Shown: piece by piece, positions 58,065 through 64,000 of the stretch
Position numbering within the stretch: position 1 is the first letter of the stretch
Layout of the letters: each line of letters begins with the position of its first letter
From: Phycisphaerae bacterium
GTDB lineage: Bacteria > Planctomycetota > Phycisphaerae > UBA1845 > Fen-1342
Direction of reading: 5' to 3'
NCBI GenBank assembly: GCA_963675745.2
Contig: CAXXWX010000015.1
Coordinates: 256,001 to 320,000 of the forward strand
DNA: 64,000 nucleotides
Position numbers and translations under genes: made by a program
Notes under the pieces: generated by a model
Told to the model about the DNA's origin: nothing
The model's database searches: none
The model's input: only the letters and a program-made list of their open reading frames with translations

Positions 58065-60590
58065 ATGTACTTACTCGCGATGTGCATCGTTTCTCTCACT
58101 GCCACGTCGGCAATTGAGCCACATATCGAACAGCTCGAAAACGGCCTGACGGCGATCATCGCCGAAGATCACGCCCTGCCGCTGGTCAGCGTGCAGCTTT
58201 GGTACGGCGTCGGATCGGCGATGGACCCACCGGAATACCCGGGCCTGTGCCACGTAGCGCGAGCGCTGCTGGAGGATAGCGATGACGCGGCACTGAAACT
58301 GCGTGCGGCGGGCTTGCAGTTCTGGAGTTGGACCGACTGGGACGCTGTCACGTTCAGCACGCTGCTGCCACCGGAGTCTCTGGATTACGTGCTGGGGATC
58401 GAGGCACGACGGGCCTGGCGTGCGATCGTTGATGACCAGCTACTCAGAGATGCGATCCAGTCGGCGGCACGGGCGGGTGAAAACGTGGTGCGCGCCGAAG
58501 CCTACGAGCGGCGGAATTGGCTGATGCCACCGTTGTTCGGCGACCACCCCTATGGCCATCCGCCAATGTTCGTCGCGCCGGCCCTGACCGACATCGACAC
58601 GAACACGGTACAGGCGTTCCTCGACCGCTGGTTTGTCACCGGCGGCGCGACACTGGTGGTGTATGGCGACGTTGACCACGAGGCGGTAGCAAAGCGCGTG
58701 CGAGTGCTATTCGCGGAGTTGCCAAAACGGATGCCGCCGCGGCGCAAACAGGTGCCGCGGCCGGAAAGTGAGCCGATTCCGCCACTGGCGCTGACAGGGC
58801 AAAACGCGATGGTGGACATTGCGTGGGTCACGCCGCCGGCGGGATCTTATGAAAACCCGGCGATCGCGGTGCTGGTCGCGCACCTTGCGAACGCGAGCGG
58901 CGGCCCTTTGAACCAGCGGCTGCGCCCGTTGGGCTGCATGCCGGTAGGGTGGTACTGGCGCCGCGGTCAACAAGCCAGCACCATTCGCATAGCCGTAATG
59001 TCGTCGCAGGGAATGCCGTGGGCCGACGAGATGCCGCCGACCGAGGCCGACGCCCCGCGCGACCCGATCGCGTTGCGCGACCGCATCGCCGAGGTGGTAC
59101 ACGAGGTGTTGGAACACGCCGTCGATGAGCCGCTGGCGCCGGTTGAGCTTCGACGGGCGCGCGCGCTGGCACTCCAGAAGGTGCAACCGTGGGGCGATTC
59201 GCTCTCCGCCGCCGCGACGCAACTGGGCTGGCAACAGGTGGTGACTGGCGACGCCGGCGGGCATGCGCGGCTCGTTGAGCTCATCGAGACTGTGACGGTT
59301 GATGACGTGCGCATCGCGGCGCGGCGATTGCTCGCGGCGCGAACGACGGCGCTGGTGACATCACCGATACTGGACTCCGCCGCGGCCACCGCATTTCCGG
59401 AGCCGCTGAAAGGCGTCCCCCCCGAACGATTGGACGGCCCCGCCGCGCTGCGGCTGCTGGCCACGTACGCCGACGGCGCACCGTCGCCGGCGGCGCCGGC
59501 GCGCTCGCCACGCGTGGATACGCGGCAGATTGCGGACGGCGTGAAGCTGACCGTCTGTCGCATTCCGGGGCGGGCGAGCGCAGCGGTCACCACGCTGGCG
59601 TCGCCGCGTGACTGGAACCTCTCGATGGCCCTCATGGGCCCGCCGACGGGGCGTTTTTCCTCTGAGGAGCTGTCGGAGTATCTGAGTCTGCATGGGCTGA
59701 CAAAGCACGCGGCGCGGACAACGCGCGACTCGGGCTTGTCGTCATATGGCCCGGCAGACAAGGCGCCGCAGATGATCGAGCTGCACGCCGACACGATGCG
59801 CGGGCTGATGAAGCCCAGCGACGTCGAGATCATCGGGCGAGCCGCCGCCGCGCTGAAGACCTCGCGCATCTGGGTCATCGTTGTCGGGGGCGTCGATATT
59901 GACAGCGTTTTCAGCACCACTTACGCGGAGTGGTCCGAGTTCGAAACAGAGCCCCCGGCGGAAGCCGCGGCCGAACGCCCGGACTGGCCGGAAGGAACGC
60001 GCGCGACAATCCGGAATGATACAGACTTCCGCGACGGCGCCTTGTCGGTGAGTCTTCCCACGCGGCCGCTGGCGATGCGTACGATTGCTGATCGGATCAC
60101 CAACGCCGCGGCAACGTGGTGTGTTGGCGTACCCGAGGGAACCGTCAAGCGGATCGACCGCCGGCATGCGTGGCGTTGGCATTGGTGGGCCGGCAATCTC
60201 GATACGGAGGGTTACTTGGGCACAATGGTCGCCCCGGACGGGGCTTGCGAGGCAATCGACTCGCTCGCGCGGAGCATACGGCAGATGCGCCGCGGGCAAC
60301 TCGGTGCCGTCGAGGCGCAGCAGGCATTGCGGCTGGCGTGGATGCAGCACCTGCTGGCGCTCGACGACAACGCGGCGATCACCCGCGCGATCATCGAGTG
60401 CGACGGCTCGCCGTGGCAGGTTGACCCCGGCAGCGTGACCGTCGAGCAGCTTGCACAGGCGCTGCCGGGCATGGTCCGCGAGGCGCCGTTGTCAGTGACC
60501 ATCGGCGCGGGCAACTGGTCCGACGAGCAGATCGAGCGGCTGCGCAAGTGTGTGGAGGCGGTGCAGCTCACCGATGAGACAAGCGAGTGA
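58065..60590 (+). CDS. M16 (insulinase/pitrilysin)-like protein with degenerate zinc site
   Basis: LENGL..IIAEDH.LPLVSVQLWYGVGS..DP....GLCH, HPYGHP, ATLVVYGD; no HxxEH. Confidence 0.8.
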   Translation: MYLLAMCIVSLTATSAIEPHIEQLENGLTAIIAEDHALPLVSVQLWYGVGSAMDPPEYPGLCHVARALLEDSDDAALKLRAAGLQFWSWTDWDAVTFSTLLPPESLDYVLGIEARRAWRAIVDDQLLRDAIQSAARAGENVVRAEAYERRNWLMPPLFGDHPYGHPPMFVAPALTDIDTNTVQAFLDRWFVTGGATLVVYGDVDHEAVAKRVRVLFAELPKRMPPRRKQVPRPESEPIPPLALTGQNAMVDIAWVTPPAGSYENPAIAVLVAHLANASGGPLNQRLRPLGCMPVGWYWRRGQQASTIRIAVMSSQGMPWADEMPPTEADAPRDPIALRDRIAEVVHEVLEHAVDEPLAPVELRRARALALQKVQPWGDSLSAAATQLGWQQVVTGDAGGHARLVELIETVTVDDVRIAARRLLAARTTALVTSPILDSAAATAFPEPLKGVPPERLDGPAALRLLATYADGAPSPAAPARSPRVDTRQIADGVKLTVCRIPGRASAAVTTLASPRDWNLSMALMGPPTGRFSSEELSEYLSLHGLTKHAARTTRDSGLSSYGPADKAPQMIELHADTMRGLMKPSDVEIIGRAAAALKTSRIWVIVVGGVDIDSVFSTTYAEWSEFETEPPAEAAAERPDWPEGTRATIRNDTDFRDGALSVSLPTRPLAMRTIADRITNAAATWCVGVPEGTVKRIDRRHAWRWHWWAGNLDTEGYLGTMVAPDGACEAIDSLARSIRQMRRGQLGAVEAQQALRLAWMQHLLALDDNAAITRAIIECDGSPWQVDPGSVTVEQLAQALPGMVREAPLSVTIGAGNWSDEQIERLRKCVEAVQLTDETSE

Positions 60591-60683
60591 GCGACGCAGG
60601 GTCGCTTGGGCGCGAGCGTGCAAACCGACGCATCAGCGCCGTGCGGCCTGAACTCCACGGCTCGTAGACGCGCGCGAAACGCG

Positions 60684-60689
60684 TATAAT
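60684..60689 (+). promoter_or_regulatory. possible sigma70 -10 box for serS
   Basis: perfect TATAAT in GC-rich DNA about 125 bp upstream of serS; no convincing -35. Confidence 0.35.
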
Positions 60690-60697
60690 GCAGCGGT

Positions 60698-60785
60698 AGT
60701 TAACAGTTAACAGTTAACAGTTAACAGTTGGCAGTTGGCAGTGGGCAGCCCCGTTTCTGCATTCTGCATTCTGCATTCATCATTC
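60698..60785. repeat. heptamer tandem repeats (AGTTAAC/AGTTGGC)n and (TTCTGCA)n
   Basis: direct reading; in the serS leader. Confidence 0.85.
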
Positions 60786-60810
60786 CAAATTCAGCGAGTA
60801 ACGAGCGCCC

Positions 60811-62088
60811 ATGATCGACATCAAGCTCATCCGCGATAACCCCGACGCCGTCAAGCAAGCCGTCGCCGACAAGCACATGGCGGTGGATATCGACGGCCTG
60901 CTCGCCGCCGACGCGCGCCGCCGGGAGATTGAAACCGAGTTCAACAACCTGCGCCACGCCCAACGACAGGCCGGCGAGCAGATGGCCAAGGCCGACAAGC
61001 AGGAGAAAGCCGCGCTCGGCAAATCGCTCAAAGAGCTGAAAACACGGCTCCAGGAGCTGGGCAAGGAGCAGGAGGCCGCCGAAGCCGACGTGCAGGAGCT
61101 GATGCTGCTCGTGCCGCAGATCCCACACCCCGACGCGCCGCGCGGACCGGATGAGTCCGGCAATGTCGAGATCCGCCAGCATGGCAAGCCAAAGACCAAG
61201 GCCGACTTCGGCTTCGAGCCCAAGGACCACCTCGAGCTCGGCACCGCGCTGGGCATCATCGACATCGAGCGCGGCGTCAAAATCGCCGGCTCGCGAAACT
61301 ACGTGCTGTGCGGGGCCGGGGCCATGCTGCACGAGGCGGTTTTGCGCCTGGCGTGGGACATCATGGTGCAGCGCGGCTATACGCCGCTCACGGTGCCGGT
61401 GCTGGTGGGCGATCGGCTGATGTACGGCACGGGCTTCTTCCCGCTGCACGAGGAAGAGGTCTATCGCTGCGAGCGCGACAACCAGAGCCTGGTCGGCACG
61501 GCCGAGGTGCCGGCGACGGGCTATCACGGCGACGAGATTCTCGACGCCGCCGAGCTGCCCAAGCGTTACGTGGCGCGCAGCACGTGCTTTCGGCGTGAAG
61601 CCGGCGCCGCGGGCAAGGACACGCGTGGCTTGTATCGCATTCACATCTTCGACAAGCTGGAGCAGGTGATTGTCTGCCGGGCCGACGCGGACGAGTCGGC
61701 GGCGTTGCATGAAGAGATCATCGCCAACGCCGAGGCGGTCTTGCAGGCGATGGAGCTGCCCTACCGGCTGATGGAAGTCTGCACCGGCGACATGGGTCAG
61801 GGCAAGTTCCGCATGTTCGACATCGAGACCTGGATGCCCAGCCGCGAGGCCTACAGCGAGACGCACAGCGCCAGCGCCCTGCACGACTTCCAGGCCCGCC
61901 GCCTGAACCTGCGTTACCGCGACGCGGAGACCGGCAAACCGGAGTTCTGCTACACACTGAACAACACGGTAGTCGCCTCACCACGCATCCTGATCCCACT
62001 GATTGAGCTCAACCAAAACCCCGACGGCAGCATCACCGTGCCGGTGGCGCTGCGGCAATACATGGGCGGGACGGAGAAGATAACGTAA
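60811..62088 (+). CDS. serS: serine--tRNA ligase
   Basis: MIDIKLIR, coiled-coil arm, LVGTAEVP, CFRREAGAAGKDTRGLYRIH, ETHSAS, TLNNT..A.PR. Confidence 0.98.
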   Translation: MIDIKLIRDNPDAVKQAVADKHMAVDIDGLLAADARRREIETEFNNLRHAQRQAGEQMAKADKQEKAALGKSLKELKTRLQELGKEQEAAEADVQELMLLVPQIPHPDAPRGPDESGNVEIRQHGKPKTKADFGFEPKDHLELGTALGIIDIERGVKIAGSRNYVLCGAGAMLHEAVLRLAWDIMVQRGYTPLTVPVLVGDRLMYGTGFFPLHEEEVYRCERDNQSLVGTAEVPATGYHGDEILDAAELPKRYVARSTCFRREAGAAGKDTRGLYRIHIFDKLEQVIVCRADADESAALHEEIIANAEAVLQAMELPYRLMEVCTGDMGQGKFRMFDIETWMPSREAYSETHSASALHDFQARRLNLRYRDAETGKPEFCYTLNNTVVASPRILIPLIELNQNPDGSITVPVALRQYMGGTEKIT

Positions 62089-62109
62089 CCGGCGGACAGG
62101 CGACCACCC

Positions 62110-62135
62110 GTAGCGGCCGACGCCCCCCTCGGCCG
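62110..62135 (+). repeat. GTAG-type REP
   Basis: GTAGCGGCCGACGCCCCCCTCGGCCG just after the serS stop. Confidence 0.65.
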
Positions 62136-62190
62136 TGGATGGGCAGGTGCCACGCTCAGATCGCTGACAAACCTCAGCTATTCTGCCAAG

Positions 62191-62496
62191 TCAATGCCCG
62201 CTACAGAATGGGGGCAATGCAGACGAAGGATTTATCCCGCCGCTTGGCGGTCGAGATAGCGCGCTGCGCGCGAACTGCTCCGTTTCTGGCAGCACGTTTT
62301 CCCACCCTCGAGAACGCACTTCATCCAACGCCTTTGCCTCGAAAGAACTCAAACCACTGCGCATCGCATTGAATTGGCGCTCGGCGCCTTGCTGCGCTTC
62401 TGGCAGCATGGACACATCGCGAGAGAGCCAACGAAAAGTGTCTTGCTTTGCTTTCGGCAGATACTTCATGTACTCAAATTTCTGGTGATCTAACAT
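62191..62496 (-). CDS. hypothetical protein (orphan or remnant)
   Basis: AAAGGGG RBS-like sequence before ATG; lower-GC, protein-like N-terminal part; no motif recognised. Confidence 0.35.
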   Translation of the reverse strand: MLDHQKFEYMKYLPKAKQDTFRWLSRDVSMLPEAQQGAERQFNAMRSGLSSFEAKALDEVRSRGWENVLPETEQFARSALSRPPSGGINPSSALPPFCSGH

Positions 62497-62578
62497 GTCG
62501 CACCCCTTTCAGCTCACGGCGAAATATACCTTGCGGCAATGACGCTTGCAAGAAGAAACTGCGCCTCCGTAATCGGAG

Positions 62579-63307
62579 GGGTGCGTGACACTTGCGGCGG
62601 GACGTTGGCAGCGGTGGTCCGGTGAAGCTTGCCCCAGAGGGGCATGGGGCCGGTGCCACGGGTGCAGCGCAGCGTAACCCGTGAGCACGGTCTGCTCAGC
62701 CGCGACTCTTCGCCCTGAAGGGGCGCAGGCGCATGGCCACGGGTGAAGCGCAGCGTAACCCGTGAGCACGGTCTGCTCAGCCGCGACTCTTCGCCCTGAA
62801 GGGGCGCAGGCGCATGGCCACGGGTGGAGCGCAGCGCAACCCGTGGATAGGATGCGGGCTGACATGTCATTCCGCCCCGCAGGGGCGGGGGAGGCGCGCA
62901 GGCCGGGGACCTTCACGCGATTGCTCTATCACGTGGCCTTCAGCACCAAGCACCGCGCCGACCTCATCGCCACGGAGCTGCAACCACGCCTGTACGAGCA
63001 CGTCGCAGTTCGAGATCGTGCGGCGATATATCCAAGTTCAGGCGGCGTATCATGGTCGACGAGGATTCGTGGAGGAGCCGAAGGCGTTGCTGGACGCACA
63101 CGGGATCGAGCACGACGCGCGATACCTGGAGGGCTGAGCGCATCCTCCGCCGCCCCTGCGGGGCGGAGAGCTTGTGGTGGCGGACCGTGTCCACGGGTTC
63201 CGCTGCGCTCCACCCGTGGCTACGCGCCCACGCTCCTCCGGAGCGAAACGCTCGTGCCCGGGCCGCTGGCACGGATGACCACACGCCGCCGATTCTGTCA
63301 CGGACCC
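62579..63307. mobile_element. MITE (IS256-like ends) carrying REP arrays and a Y1 transposase remnant
   Basis: GGGTGCGTGACA (62579) ... TGTCACGGACCC (63307) flanked by a perfect TAATCGGAG repeat (62570-62578 and 63308-63316). Confidence 0.88.
62900..63137 (+). pseudogene. internally deleted IS200/RAYT-like Y1 transposase (TnpA)
   Basis: (M>R)PGTFTRLLYHVAFSTKHRADLIATELQPRLYEH joined out of frame to QFEIVRRYIQVQAAYHGRRGFVEE...GIEHDARYL; the HUH segment is missing and the start appears mutated ATG>AGG. Confidence 0.85.
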
Positions 63308-63524
63308 TAATCGGAGTGGCAAGCGGTCACAGCGGCTCGCGGTAACCTGTCCGTCGCACACCCTCTACTTCACGGCAGCTGGCATGCAGAAACCACGAGT
63401 GGCCGTTGAGGTGCCCGTACGTCGGCTGCGCCTTCCCCGATTCGTTGCATCCGGATAGTCTCTCAAGTCGGTCGCCCGTGCCCCACGACAGCACGGCGTG
63501 TTGCAACCTCACTGGAGTTGGCTG

Positions 63525-64000
63525 ATGAACGACCAGACGGCCACGCCCGCCGCGCGCATCTCGAAACGGCAGGCCGCGATCGCCCTGCTGCTGCTGGTGC
63601 CCGCGCCGACGCTTGGCGTGACCATGGCCTTCTGGATCGCGCCCGGCCCGCTCGGCAAGGCCATCTATTTTCTGAGCAAGCTGTGGATTCTCGCACTCCC
63701 CGTCGCGTGGCTGCTCATAGTCGAGAAGGGGCGACTTTCGCTCTCACCCGCGCGGCGCGGCGGCTTTGGCTTCGCCGTCTTGTCGGGCGTGATCATCGGC
63801 GCGGCGATCCTGGTCGCCTACGCCACGTTCGCCGCGGCGCTGATGAGCCCCGCCGCCCTGCGCGACCTGGCAACCGCTAACGGCTTTGACACGCCGCTGA
63901 CATACCTCATCCTGGCGGCGTACATCACACTGGTTAACGCGCTGCTCGAAGAATACGTCTGGCGCTGGTTCGTATTCACTCGCTGCGAAGCGCTGATGCC
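63525..64000 (+). CDS. CPBP (CAAX protease-like/Abi) family intramembrane metalloprotease, truncated by the window end
   Basis: own translation MNDQTATPAARISKRQAAIALLLLVPAPTLG...LVNALLEEYVWRWFVF shows the EExxxR motif after TM helices; GGAG RBS. Confidence 0.85.
   Translation, partial: MNDQTATPAARISKRQAAIALLLLVPAPTLGVTMAFWIAPGPLGKAIYFLSKLWILALPVAWLLIVEKGRLSLSPARRGGFGFAVLSGVIIGAAILVAYATFAAALMSPAALRDLATANGFDTPLTYLILAAYITLVNALLEEYVWRWFVFTRCEALM

Noticed and set aside
62655..62846. CRISPR-like repeat-spacer pattern with an 81-bp period
   Set aside because: The intervening sequences are identical, so this is a tandem duplication of a REP arm.
63317..63520. Riboswitch or 6S-like RNA
   Set aside because: Only short fragments (GGGCACCT, TGCATGCC..GAAGTAGAG) resemble c-di-GMP-II or 6S motifs. 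The full consensus cannot be assembled by eye, and an Rfam scan is needed.

Overview
GC-rich bacterial chromosomal window, probably Planctomycetota/Phycisphaerae (inferred from the PEP-CTERM proteins, a 'GDLNCDG..N.GDID.FV.AL' dockerin-like tail and the overall gene content). Most of it is housekeeping or metabolic: typA, hflX, feoA plus a split feoB, a PilT/PilU ATPase, dodecin, ggt, ppa, leuS, an acyl-CoA dehydrogenase with etfAB, fabI, serS and several hydrolases. The intergenic DNA is unusually rich in palindromic repeats and the elements that exploit them. (1) An IS110/IS1111-type recombinase element sits inside a GTAG-REP, and its 3' non-coding region contains short matches to both the reconstructed target and the circle junction, as expected of a bridge/seekRNA. 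(2) A MITE family with GGGTCCGTGACA-type terminal inverted repeats (TIRs) and 9-bp target site duplications (TSDs) occurs three times: empty, filled with a REP cluster, and filled with REPs plus a deleted Y1 (IS200/RAYT-like) transposase. (3) An IS4-family element is inserted at the centre of a different palindromic repeat. Also present are a tandem array of four unknown membrane proteins with zinc-ribbon tails, a solitary HEPN (AbiU2-like) gene and several enzymes with degenerate catalytic motifs. Two genes carry homopolymer frameshifts that are probably sequencing errors. No rRNA, tRNA or CRISPR array was recognised. All calls were made by eye from motifs; no database searches were run.
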